Shown here: one piece after another, positions 28,347 through 41,224 of the stretch
How the letters are laid out: each line of letters starts with the position of its first letter
How positions within the stretch are numbered: position 1 is the stretch's first letter
Source: Lingula anatina
Lineage: Eukaryota; Animalia; Brachiopoda
Assembly (NCBI GenBank): GCA_051362555.1
Contig: CM120649.1
Span: 19,854,567 to 19,918,566 of the forward strand
DNA length: 64,000 bases
Direction of reading: 5' to 3'
Translations under genes and position numbers: made by a program
The notes under the pieces: model-generated
The model's database searches: none
What the model saw: only the letters and a program-made list of their open reading frames with translations
Told to the model about the DNA's origin: nothing

Positions 28347-29351
28347 ACACTAGGAAAGGAGAGGAGGGAGAACAGGGTTATGGGAATTCACAGAAATTAT
28401 TGCAGTGACAGTATTCATTGGAAGAGTCAAATTTGTGTTCAGGGGAAAACATGAACTGCAAATTTAAGAAGAAACTTTGCCAAGAACAATTTTTTCCATT
28501 AAGAAGATGTATGAACTGAAAAGTGATATTTTTGGATAAAAAGTTTTGGAAAGAAATGATCTAAAAAGACTAGCTTAAACAAACCAGGTTTTTTATTTTA
28601 TTTTTATTTGTGAACAACTGAATGTTTGTTATATAAGTGCAGTGTTTAGCTAAGGTCAGCTGTCACTTACCATAGCACTTTTAATTTGACAGATCCACTA
28701 AAGCATTCCGTGTTTTCACATAATATTGTGAATAATTGATAGTTAAGCATTCATTTTTTCTTCATTTTGAAATGCAGCTTTTATTGGGAAATGATGTATG
28801 AATTTCTTTTTGTTGATGTCTTATAGGGTGAAGATATTTCTAGTTGTCATTTGAAATTGGCTTTACGTGTAAATATCCAGCTGCAGTGAGATATCAAAAG
28901 TCAGTAGAGAAATTTAGACCTCAGTCCCATTTTCCAACACTAACATTTCTCTCAGGAGCTGTTTTGTATAAGACCCTTTTTCTAGTAGAAATAGTGCCAC
29001 AAATAATTCCGTCCCTTGAAGTTGTCCATCTAAAAGACTGGAGCACGCTTGCTGCAGTGTATAAACATTATTTCTTCTTATTGTTTTGATGTTTTATGAT
29101 ATTTATATTGAAGAAGTTTTCATTTTAAACTGAGAAATAACTGTGATAGTAGAAGTATTAGTTTATGTTGTACATACAAGTGAAAGTTGTAGTGTTTGTT
29201 TGTTTTTAACCTTGAATTGTGATTATAAACAATTTAAGAGTCGAATCCGCCCACTCAGTTATTGCCAAATGATGTACATACAGTATGTTTTAAAATAATA
29301 GGATTGTGAGGGGTTTGTTCATTCAATCCTCTCTGCATTTAGAATTTTTTG

Positions 29352-29374
29352 AATAAAAAAAGAAGTTGAATAAA
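29352..29374 (+). terminator. Probable DNAH2 polyadenylation signals (AATAAA x2)
   Basis: AATAAA at ~29352 and ~29369, about 1 kb past the stop, followed by GT/T-rich sequence. Confidence 0.45.
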
Positions 29375-30061
29375 AATATATTTGCACGTGTCATCAGCAT
29401 TCTGTTTCTTGTTTAATTTGTCTTCTTAACTTAAGTTACACTTGAAAATTAGTATTGTGAAAATAATAAAGGACAACTAACAGTAACTGAAGATGAGTAA
29501 TATCCATAGCAACAAGGAGTTACCCCTCTTTAACAAAATAGTCTTAAGGTTTTATATTTTATTAGTAAATACAAAATCATACATATCAAAATAGGTATAA
29601 AATGTAAGTATCTACCCAAATTGCTACCGTATTAGTGAAATGTTTTCTCATGCTTGTACATTTCATTATATGAACATGATTTTACCTGTACAATCTACAT
29701 GAGTAAATGAATGAATTCCAATCATACTGATACATAATACTATACATGAAAACCAAAAAGACAAGGAAAATATTCCAAATTGACATAATAAGATTATGAC
29801 CTCATTGTGAATTGACTATTAAATAGACAATTTGGACAAAAATTCATCTGGATGGCGATCAATGATTTCAATATCAAACCTTAGAAAACTATCACAGTTT
29901 CAGTTTCTAATATTCAAATACTCAATTAACCCTCACACACCTGTCCTGTCAGTGTAGACCTACCCCAACTCTAAAACATAATTTATATAGGTGATCTTGA
30001 AATAAGCCAATGACTTTCTTAATAAACCTGTCATCTAACTTTTAATGAATAACAGTAGATG

Positions 30062-30133
30062 TTAACCCTTTCTGGTCTGCCACTTACTAAATTCCCTGTA
30101 GATAATGTCCTGATTTGGCAGTGAGGGGGTTAA
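30062..30133. mobile_element. Small TTAA-flanked inverted-repeat (MITE-like) remnant
   Basis: ttaaccct...ctgcca ... tggcag...gggggttaa. Confidence 0.35.
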
Positions 30134-31335
30134 TACTGTAAATTCAAGTCTTCAGATATTATACACATTATAATTCATGTTAACATAGTTGGATTGGGGC
30201 AATATTGTGGAATTAAGATGCTTCAATTAAAAAGGTCAGGATAATGAACTCATTCTTAATACTCTGACCAATATTTTACACTCATGTACAGAATTTCAAT
30301 TAAATTACAACAATACTACAGAGTGCCAGTGTCTACAAGCACTAATACTGGATTTAGTTTGTATTAAGAATGGAACCATGCTATACCTGGTACCTTACAA
30401 CATCAGTGTAGACAGGATACATGAAGAAGCTTCCATGAAAAGAAAAAAGCAGGCCCACAGTCTGGAAACAAGACAGTGTTTGCCAATGCTGAACACAAGT
30501 ATAAATAAATGCAGTTATCATATGCAACTTAGCACATAAATAAACCTAATAGCATCACCAATTTGTGACATCATTAACAGATACAAAGAAAGTTGCTTTG
30601 TCCAAAATCTTTACCATTATTAATATGATTATCATCTTTATAATATTAATGAACTGTGATTACAAAGTAAATAACAAAGGCTCAGCCTACACATAAATAT
30701 CATCAGATATCTTATAAATACAGATCTAAAATGTGAGCTTGCACAGGTATAAGCTAAGACTAGATTACTTAGTGCTGTGAATTATGTGGATGACACTGGA
30801 TATCATTTGTATGTGGACACTATGTACAAAGTTCTGTGGTCTATATACAATATACAAAAGGATCAATTTGAACTCTTATAAACTCATATATTTCATAAAT
30901 CACAACTGTAAATTATGTCCTGTGTGATACCCATGATTTATTTAAAATTATTTACATCAGTAACTGTTGGTCTCTGTTTCTAATTTATGAAAATATAAAT
31001 TCTAAATTGTCCTCTATGAAGGGTGTTTCTAACCCCCCCCCCCCCAAACACCCTTGCTATCCAGGTTAAAAAATACATCAACTAACTACAGGAAGATGTA
31101 CTGAGTTGAGTTTATTCACCTCCTGCTTTCCTTGCTTGTCACCTGTATTTTAAAACTATTGACAGTTATCCCGCTGCAGCCACCAGTGTGACAACTTCAC
31201 AGAACACAAGTCCACTGATGTGACCTGTGTGGACCATTACAAACGCATCTACCTTACTTCATTAGCAGACCATTTGAACACCTCTACTCCTTTATTCTAA
31301 TTGGTTTTGATAGCAAATTAAAATAGGTCAAGTAA

Positions 31336-32742
31336 TCACGTGACTGACAAGCTGGTCTTGTTCTGTTCCTGTTTGGCGGCCTCCTGTACGGCCCTGGACC
31401 TCCTCAGTTTCTCCGTTCTCTGGGCCTGACTGACCACTGAAAGGGGTGGCTGGAGTTTGTCCAGTTTGGGGGACTTGGGGAACTTCATTAAGTTAGCTAC
31501 TTTGTCCAACAGAAACCTGAAATATGGAGTAAATAAGATTAATATTTAACCCAAAGTGAACATACGTATCAAATCACCTTACTCATATGAGACTGCATCT
31601 AAATTAAATTAACTACATTATCAAACCACCATATGAAATATCTGTTTTATAATTGTGGTATAATTAGATTTTACTTCTCAATCTTATATCAACCTATGGA
31701 CACTTAACCAAAATTTGTCAACAGAAACATGAATTTAATTTTCATATTTTAAAAGTGTTTTTTTAAATTGGTCAATCAAATATAAAACATGATTAACTTC
31801 ACAAGATAGCCATAACCACTAAAAATCTGTAACCATTTAATATTTTGTGTTGCAAAATTACACTGCTTTTCTGTAAGAAAAGAAAAATAACAGAGAAAAA
31901 TAGGTACTCACTCGACTTTAGTTTTACATTCACTGAGGAATACTTCATTTTCTTCTATCTCTTTCACTGGAATGTACTCTGGGTTCACAAGCTGAAGATC
32001 AAAATACAAACCTAATAATATGAACATAAATCAAGATGGTATGAATTAAATATCTAATATATATCTGTTTGCCTAAACATTATCCTTTTTTAAAATCATT
32101 AAAAACAGATGTGATCTTCTTATTACTTAAATTCAAACAGCTATGCACAATATAAGAATATAAAAAATAATTTGTAATTCACTTTTTCTTTTTTTTAACA
32201 CATTGACTGCAGAAATATCCCATCAAGCCTTTTCTTAAAAAAAAAGAACCTGGTATTGTATTTTTAGTGAAGAGAAGTCCTTCTTTGACTCTCTGGGAGA
32301 TAAGGTTCTGGGCTATAAAACAAGTGCAGCCATTTCTAGAACTACTTTGTTTTAGCGGACAATATATTACTCCGCAGAGAGTGATTTGGTCCACTACTAC
32401 AACCTATATAACAGAAAGATATGGCTCACCTTCAATTTGGCTCCCACATTAAATTTACAACTCTGTTTGTGTGACTGGAACAGTAAGGAGATGTTGTCCT
32501 GATCCAGAAACCGCAAGCTCAGGCAACGGTTCAACGCAAAACAGATGGGCTGGAATGGCGGCGCATGCACATGCGTTGTCACGTCTTTCCAGTTCCACTT
32601 TTTCTTCTTAGCACCATTGATGTCCAACTCAATTCCTCCCATCTGATCTAAACACAGTCTGAAATCAAAGGAAGATGCCATACAGATTTAATTTTTGATC
32701 CAGAATGTACTCAGTACTTAGGCGCACACATCAAAGAATATA

Positions 32743-32789
<47 letters not shown>

Positions 32790-35700
32790 TCTCACCTTAG
32801 TTTCCCATTATGGAAGTAGCAGCCAGCATGCCCATTAGGCTCAAACACACCAAGCACCTGCGGCTCCTCCGCGGCGTCCTCCAGGATGACGTAGGTGAAT
32901 TTCCCGGGGGTGGTGGAGGATATTCCAATAGCCAAGTTGCCTGATGGATAGCTGAGGAAAGGGTTAAGGGAAATAATTCCCAGTGATAATCGGACAGAAG
33001 ATATCTTTTCCTGTCAAATATTTGAGATATAGTAAAAAGAAGAATAGATCTTTGAATTCAGTAGCTGTCAAAATCCTAACATAATCAAAAGGACTTGTTA
33101 ATCAAAGAGAAGATGTCCTTCCATGTCAACATGTTTTAAGATATTATAATAAAAGGATAAAACGGTGCTTGCTCTAACTATAAATTTTTAAGTTACTGTT
33201 AAGATCCAGTTTCTAATTTTCAACAAAGTTGCAAAAATATACCTAGGGAAATGCGAAATTGCTGATCATATCTCTTAATTTAGTTTAAATGTTAATAATA
33301 AATTATGGAAATATTTCAATAGTGTTGCAGTAAAAAGGATACTAGACGTGACCCGTGCCGTCAGGAAACAGGACCAGGAATAGGCTGCCATCTTCGTAGT
33401 ACTTCTCCAGTGTGACGCCCCTCTTTCTCAGCTCCTGGTGAAGACATAATGAAAAAGATAAATATCCTTTTTTTTTATCTTAGGACAAAAGTGATTTTGT
33501 ATCAATTAAATAGTGTCGATATTACTGATTTCTTCAATAGGAAACTATTCAAATATAAATGATATTTTGTTTGCTCTTACCAAATATTTCAAATCTGAAA
33601 GTTAATTTTTTATATATTGTTTTTGAAAACTTAAGCTAATATCTGTCTGTTATAAAATGGAACTAGAGGCAAAAAAATTAAAATGCTTTGAACTTTGAAT
33701 TGACATAAGACTGCAGATCACATGCAAACAAGTAAATCATACAAAGTGACATATATATCATGCAGTCCTAACCCCTCACCAATATCATGTGAATACAAAG
33801 AGAAAATCTACAGGTGCTTCCACTCATATAATAAAAAAAGGAAAATTCTTACTTCAGATATATTAACACCATTCTTACTTGTTGATAAACATATATTATA
33901 AAATATCAATTTCATTTAACTTGTATCTCTTTATCTATATTTATCTACTTATCGTTTAGCAGGCTCTATTTTATACCTCTGCCAAGGAGGTTTCATTTTT
34001 GCCAGTCAGTAACATGTAGTTAACAGTCTAATTCAAAAAGTTCTAAAGGGTTTTTGATATAAACTCAAGGGCAGGTCAAAATTTGTTAACTTAGAACCAA
34101 AAGATTTTGGCAGTGGTCCATAAATGAATTGATTGGTTTATTCAACAATATGAGTTGAACTGTTGTGGTAGTGGTGCCTGTTGAAGTGATTTCATTTGTT
34201 GTTTAGACATACTATCTTGCCCCACACGTCATGCCATGCCAATGGCCCTCAGTTGACATTACAACTCATAAACATGATAAGAAGGATGTAACACATGCAG
34301 TGTGAATGACCAGAAGTTGGAAAACTGGTGATATGATTGTGACATTACAATGAGCTATCTCCATACCTGCGCTCCTCACGGGGATATAGCAATAATCCGA
34401 AGGTTCGTTGGTCCAAATGTTCACTATAGAGCCTTTGGACCAATGAACGCTTGATAAAAAAACTGATGAAAATGTTACCATTTTGGACCAATGAACCTTC
34501 AGACTATCGAGACGCCCCAGTTCCTCTCAACATGTCCTAATCAGGAAGAGGCAAACCATTCCGTTATTTCTTAGACCCTTCCCAGGGGAAGGAATGTTAA
34601 AATTGCTCTAGAATCTTACAAAGATTTATTAAATACTTGCAATACTTAAGGAGCAGTCATAACCACGCTGATCTGCAGAACATCTAGGATCAAATATGGC
34701 ACACAGTTGATTCCCGCCTCCCATGTACGCCATCATCCCAGCAGGTGCAGAGCAATTAAATCTTGCCACATTTTCAAGTGGGTGGCGCCATATTTGATCC
34801 ACAGACTATTTGGTCCACATATCAACTGGTGCTGGACAGGACCTTAGTTACAATGGCAGTTAAAATTTTTAAGATGATTCATTAGTGGGGTGTTCTAATA
34901 AACTTAAATAAAGCAGCAGAAATTGGCCAAAACTGGAACCACCAATCACCAATACCCCCTGTTGTTTGTTTAATTTGTATGGATGATGGTGTGAATGTGT
35001 GTTTATGGTAAATTGCCATACTAGTAATGTAGGGTGGAGGAGACATAAAAACATTATCTGTTGGCCTGGAATGGGTCTATTCTTTCTTTTAAGTAGGAAG
35101 ACCCCCCCTTGCCTGGCCCCTTTTTAAAAATCTGCCCACCATACCCTTTCCCAGCCCAGCCCCTCATAAAAACATTATCTGTAAGCCTGGATTGGGTTTA
35201 TTCTTTCTTTTAAGAAAGAGGACTATCCCCCCCCCCTCAGCCCCTATTCATAGATCTGCCCTCCACACACACTCACCCAGCCTAGTCCCTCCTTAGCATT
35301 CATGGTGAAGTCCACATCCTCTACACTGAACACATCTGGGTCTTTGGCTTCCTCCCACAGTGGACTGGGGGGCCGCACTGTCCAACCCTCATCCAGGCAG
35401 CGCTGACTGGACAACTGGTAGTTGATGGTCTTCATCGCCCTGGCAACTGAAAGTTAACAGATAAATATGGTCAGAAAGGAATAGGGATATAATTTTGTTC
35501 ATTGCCTGGTATTTATCATGTCTGCATGTACACACGTGGATGCGTGCGCGCACACACACACACACACACACGCACACACACACCTTGATTGGCATGTAAC
35601 CTCCTGTTCTGTTTCTCTTGAAGCATTTTGAATCCCACGTAGAGCAATCATCGCGTGAATGTTATCAAGACAACTCTGACCAATTCAGGTCCAAACTTTG

Positions 35701-38532
35701 ACCACAATGGTCCATGGTGCATTGCAAATTGCAGTCTCGCCATCCTTTACTTAAAGTTTGCTGATTATGTTAAGTACAGATGTGTGCCCTGTGCTCAGCT
35801 ACAGAGTTAGACATGGTACTATACATGGTACTGTAACCTAGCATCAGATGATCTTTATACTCTACATAACCACACTCCATTGATTCATACATTGCCCAAT
35901 ACAACATGAACATTATTTACTACAATAAAAAACCTTATTGTTTACAACAATAGACTTCTAACTATTTACAACTGTTACAATAAACAACCAATTGTATAAT
36001 ATTTGAATGCTCATAACACTAAATGTAGGATTGTTTATAATGATAAATATGCTATTGTTTGTAACAGTAAATATGCTATTGTTTAAAACAACAAATAAGC
36101 TATTGTTAACAACAAGAAACATTCTTTTACTTAACAAATGAAATGTCTCACAGTTAAAGCTGTTCACTACTATGAAAGTTCTCTTGTTCTTTGTTTTAAT
36201 TACAAGCACACTGTTTTTACAACAATAAATATCTTACTGTTGTTACTGCAACACTTGGGTTATTCATACATTGCACAATTATATTGCTTCTGACAAATGA
36301 CCTATTTCTAACCAAATTTATGGTGTTTTAACAAATAATAATAAAAAAGAACAATTACTTTAATCAAAACAAATGTGTAAAAGAATTTTCTTTGCCACTA
36401 AAAGTCAGGAATCAAATAAGGCTATGAACATGAACAATCAACTTACACGTAAAGAAATTGGAGACTCCCCCGCCACCTGCTGCTGCCTGCTGCGCTGCTG
36501 CCACCTGTTGGGCTCTGGCAAGTTCACGCTCACGCATCCTTGAGAAGAGAAAACAAATGAACCAGTGAACCATCTGTAGCCGCATTGACAAGCAATTAAA
36601 GCTTCCAATATTATAGGATTACCAAAAAGAAACACATCTTACATAATTTTTAATTTTAGGTCATAATGCACTCAATAATTAGCTACAACAGAAAATAAAA
36701 TTTGAGGTACCATTGATTTATCTAACAAAACTGGCCTTGATAGGAAAAATCTGGATCAAGCAATATCACGTCCTTGTTTGTCTACTTGCACTTTTTGTGG
36801 AAGATGGCTTAAATGTCTGTGTATATTATTTAGGATTGGGGAGACATAAAGTGCGCAGATACCAAGTTTCAATTTAAAATCTATCTCCATACAGCCAGGT
36901 GTTTTTGTTACAATGTCGTTTATTGCTAGGATAACAGTGAAGACTTGTAAGATGAATAATTTAAAAGAAAATTTTTGATTGTTTTTTTTTAAAATGTTTA
37001 AAATTTAGAAATGTTTAAGTCAATCTCCTCACTGAGACTTCACGTGTTGCTTTTCATTCTTTAATTAGTGTATTAGTTAAGTGCAATGCTTAAGGAATAA
37101 AGTAGCCATTCTGTGATGAAAATGCTCTTGCTAGACATCTAGATATTGGAGGAAAACAACTTCAATATTAGATGCTGACTGAAGAAAAACTACTCTATTC
37201 TTAATGTCCCAAATACCTTAAAACAGCTCTCTCCTTGGCTGCTCTTCTGGCCTGTTTGCTGCCAAAAGGTCCATGAGGTTTGATATCAATTTTCTCATCC
37301 ACCTTGTGTTCTGTTTCCATGGGATTGAACAAAGCAAAGTGTACAAACTGCCTATACTCTTCACAACAGTATAACTGATCTGGTGGCTTTGACTGCTGCT
37401 CCTCCATTGATGGAAAAGGTTTGATTGTCTTTTGACAGAACTCACAGACTCCAGTAAAAATCCCTAGAGGGCGCCCCTTGCTGTCCACACTTTTGCCAAT
37501 TAAGTCCTTGAATTCATTTTCACGTTCTTCCAAATCAAGGCTGCTGCTTTCACTGTCCTTTTCTGTTTCTCTTTTAAACTGGAGTGTAACAAATAAATCT
37601 ACATAAATTTTAAGTTATATCTCAATTTGTCAGTAAACAATAATTATATTTAATGCTGTTTAAAAAATTAATACCCTAATATAAGATAACTAGTATAGTT
37701 TATAACCAAAAGAAAAAAATGCTGTTTACAGTTTCATCTGATTTTTCAGTAAAAAAAATCAGTTTTACAAATGTTTACAACAACATGATTTGTCCCTAAT
37801 ACAAAAATTATCTCAGATTATATAACTGCTAACAACAAAGGCATTAAAACTGTAACAGTAACAACATTTTAAGTGTCACAACAGTGCTACTGTAATTGCT
37901 ACAACATTGTTAGTGTTACAAAAATGGTATTGTCACTGTCATAATCAGAATAATAGTACTATAAAAACAAAGGTACTCTAATTGTAAAAGCACTGACACT
38001 ACGTCGATAATGGTATCAGCACTGTTGCAACAATGATCAACCAACCACATTTAGAAGATTGACTATATTAGCCATTGTTCATTATTACTGTGTAGGGTGT
38101 TACATGTACCTTGAGAATATCAGGTGGTCCTATACTGGGTAATGTGTCTGCACCCTCATCATAGTCATCATCTTCAGTCTGAAAGATACACATACAATTA
38201 TGCATATATAATATTACACACATACAACTATACATATATCAGTCACATCAGAAGCATTCTCTCTGCTTTACTACTGAGAACTCACAAAATGATGACTGAC
38301 CTGACATGTGTTAAGTTTAACTTCAATACCTTGCAAATGAGAAACAAAATTATATTTCCTAGTGAAATAAACTATTGCATTTCTTTATCTGGTGTACAAC
38401 TTATAGGCCATTTGTTACTGGGTGTTCTTTCTTTTTTATCTTATAATAGTTGTAATTTTTTGGTGTATAATCTATGAACATGTCCATTTAATAAATACAT
38501 ATTATATATTATATTATATTATATCTCTCCCT

Positions 38533-38598
<66 letters not shown>

Positions 38599-38600
38599 TC

Positions 38601-38661
<61 letters not shown>

Positions 38662-39637
38662 CCCCAGGTACTCACATCACTGGTGTCCAGCTCCAGGATA
38701 GGAATGCCGTACTCATCATCCCTGGGCGGGAAAGATTCTGACGGACCAATGGAGGGCACTTTGCTGACCGCGTCATCGTCCACAGACCTGGCCACTGACA
38801 GACTCGACTTGGACTTGTCACCTCGGCTCTTGGCTCTGGCTTCTGCAACAGATGGAAAAAGTGAGGCATGAGGAATGTTAGTAGATTCAGGAAGTGGTCA
38901 AAGCAAGTGAAAGTAGATCTTCTTCATCCTGGCTGGGATCTTTTTATCTGGGATCTGTTTGTATGTGTGTCATGTGTGTGTGTATCATGTGTATGTGTGT
39001 TCATGTGCGTGTGTGTCATGTGTGTGTGTATCATGTGTATGTGTGTTCATGTGCGTGTGTGTCATGTGTGTGTGTATCATGTGTATGTGTGTTCATGTGC
39101 GTGTGTGTCATGTGTGTGTGTATCATGTGTATGTGTGTTCATGTGTATGTGTGTCATGTGTATGTGTATCATGTGTATGTGTGTCATGTGTATGTGTGTC
39201 ATGTGTATGTGTGTCATGTGTGTGTGTATCATGTGTATGTGTGTCATGTGTATGTGTGTTCATGCCCATGTGTGGGTATATGTTTGTAAATCTGTGTGTA
39301 TGTGAGTACTCACTTGTGTCTGTCTGTCTGATGGTAGGTGTAAAGGTGTACACTGTAAATTATAAGTCTTCCACCTTACCTTGTCCACTGAGTCTTCCAG
39401 TGTCTAATCCATCTGCATTGTCGTCCGAGTCTCCTAGCAACCCTGCTTTCTTCATAGTCTCAGTCCAGCTCCACTCTGTCTGACAGGGAGTGGAGATTAC
39501 GGTGTGTGTTCTGCCGTCTAACCCCAGTTTGGTGGAGGTTTCGCGTATAGCAGGAGTGCTGCAATAAAGACATTATATAAGAGGGTATTTTCTACAAAAA
39601 TAAATTGATTGATTGATGACTTAATATCTTTTGGATG

Positions 39638-39686
<49 letters not shown>

Positions 39687-40533
39687 AAGCAAATGTGCCA
39701 AGTAATAAGGAGCATTATTTAACCTAATTAAATCTACTATGAGGGTATGAGTTACTAATATTAGCATATTATAAAGATTTTCAGGCATGCAACTTACGTG
39801 GTTTTCTTCCTTTGTGTGCTGTCATCAGAGTCGTCAGAACCGCTGTCGTAACTCATTTCTCTCCTGAAGGCAATAATCCTGGGTTTGGAGGTTTGTGCAG
39901 CAGAACCTGGAATATTTACAATTTACATTCTAACAGTCTGAAAACATTTCAACATGGAGCTGCTTTTTGTTTATTTACTAAGTGATATAACCACATACCT
40001 GAGATAGTTTCAATTCAAATTACTTCATTATTTTTAATCAGTAATTTAAAATAATCAAATTATTTCTCGTTATCATCATTTTATCAACAGTCCACAACTG
40101 TTTCACTCTACTTACTGGCTACAATCAAACACTAGAAAATAACATGCAATAATGAAATACAATTACTAGTAAACAAATATCAAGTACCTTGACTGCTGAC
40201 ACTCTCGGCTGGGCTTGTCCTCCCACTTTGTGCACCGCCATCTTTATTCTCTTTGCCAATAGGTGGCAGTGGTTTCACCTGCGGCATATTCCTCACAATC
40301 TCCTCTTCTGGAAGATCAGCGATTCTGCTAGCACTGCGGCTACCCTGGGGGGTATTCTTCCCTGACCGACTAGCTGGTCGAACATCAATGTTCTCAAGAG
40401 GAGTGTTCTTCCCTGAACGACTGGCTGGTCGAATGTCAATGCTCTCAAGGGGTGTGTTTTTTCCACTTCGTAGTGGCCCAAGACCTGAGGAGACAGAGCC
40501 TGTTCTGCTTCCTGCTCTCTCTCTTTCCTCCAT
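31336..40533 (-). CDS. ERICH6: ERICH6 / FAM194-family (glutamate-rich protein 6-like), 13 coding exons
   Basis: Exons approx 40533-40188, 39906-39798, 39558-39380, 38842-38676, 38178-38110, 37578-37217, 36538-36447, 35446-35277, 33434-33343, 32951-32796, 32658-32430, 31991-31912, 31516-31336. Low-complexity N-terminus; CEFCQK...LYCCEEY; [18 protein letters not shown]; FAM194-type [20 protein letters not shown]...CYFHNGKLR...[15 protein letters not shown]. Confidence 0.85.
32746..32788. repeat. (GA)n microsatellite
   Basis: Direct observation. Confidence 0.95.
32952..33342 (-). other. U12-type (minor spliceosome) GT-AG intron in ERICH6
   Basis: 5' splice site GTATCCTTTT (plus strand aaaaggatac, 33333-33342) and branch point CCCTTAAC about 10 nt upstream of the AG (plus strand gttaaggg, ~32963-32970). 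Confidence 0.88.
33972..34120. mobile_element. Degenerate copy of the interspersed element at 49485-49880, opposite orientation
   Basis: atacctctgccaaggaggtttcattttt resembles the reverse complement of aaaacataacctccttggcggaggtaa. Confidence 0.55.
34380..34518. mobile_element. MITE-like element with ~37-bp imperfect terminal inverted repeats
   Basis: ggggatatagcaataatccgaaggttcgttggtccaaa ... tttggaccaatgaaccttcagactatcgagacgcccc. Confidence 0.65.
34688..34800. mobile_element. Short MITE-like element
   Basis: ggatcaaatatggc ... gccatatttgatcc, a 14-bp perfect inverted repeat. Confidence 0.55.
35044..35240. repeat. ~121-bp-period intronic duplication
   Basis: cataaaaacattatctgt..gcctgga.tggg..tattcttt at 35044 and 35165. 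Confidence 0.75.
38540..38659. repeat. (CT)n microsatellite
   Basis: Direct observation, one interruption. Confidence 0.95.
38960..39265. repeat. Compound (CATGTGTRTGTGTRT)n ~15-bp repeat
   Basis: Repeated catgtg(t/c)(a/g)tgtgt units; source of the C/V/M-rich spurious ORFs. Confidence 0.93.
39638..39683. repeat. (AAT)n microsatellite
   Basis: Direct observation. Confidence 0.95.
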
Positions 40534-40879
40534 TGTGTTCAGTTTGTTTTATCAGCTCTCTGTAGAAAATTGGAAGAAAAAATATATAATTTTTTTAAAT
40601 CAACAGTGTTTAACATAATATTATACCAGTAAACTGGTCTACCTACTAGTATTGACACTACTACTATTACTGTTATTACTACTATATGTACTACTACTAC
40701 ATGTACTTCTTTATACCAGTGCACATTAACAGGACTCAACTGTGGAGCCACTTGAGGCTTCCTGAACATGTGCCTAAACTCGTTTAAACAACATTAGGGA
40801 ACATAGGCAATACACTCTGCTTCAACGTTCAGCAACATACTTTATAAACACATTTCTAATCCCAGTACCAAAAACCTAC

Positions 40880-41224
40880 CTCAGTTGTTTAACTAGCCCA
40901 GGTGTTCCATGTTAAACAGAAACGTGACAGCACTTCCAGCGGATTGTTTGAGGTGGTGATGGAGACTGCCACGTGACCAAGCAATGGCTGCGATTGGTTC
41001 AGCCGCACGATTTGCGGTAGCGCTAATATTGTGACGTCATATTATTAATTAATCATCGCATTACAATATACTGGAACTTGTTATTATGATAAGAAATCAC
41101 TTTTTGTTTTGACTTCGTTATGCTTGTGATTTCACAGAAAAAAAGATACAGAGAAAACTTATCTTAATTTAGGACGTCATTAAGTACCCATTTATGGTAA
41201 AACGTTGGACGAAGTTGGTCAACA
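40880..41224. promoter_or_regulatory. Putative bidirectional promoter ERICH6 / RBMX2
   Basis: Divergent genes: ERICH6 5'-UTR exon donor at ~40879 and RBMX2 ATG at 41225. Locally CpG-enriched; CACGTG (40970), ATTGG/CCAAT (~40993), TGACGTCA (41032). Confidence 0.6.

Noticed and set aside
38422-39483. Long Cys/Val/Met- or Ser/Leu-rich ORFs
   Set aside because: Translations of microsatellites, antisense to ERICH6.
40904-40917. RFX X-box at the ERICH6 5' end
   Set aside because: Only a partial match to the consensus; not supportable.
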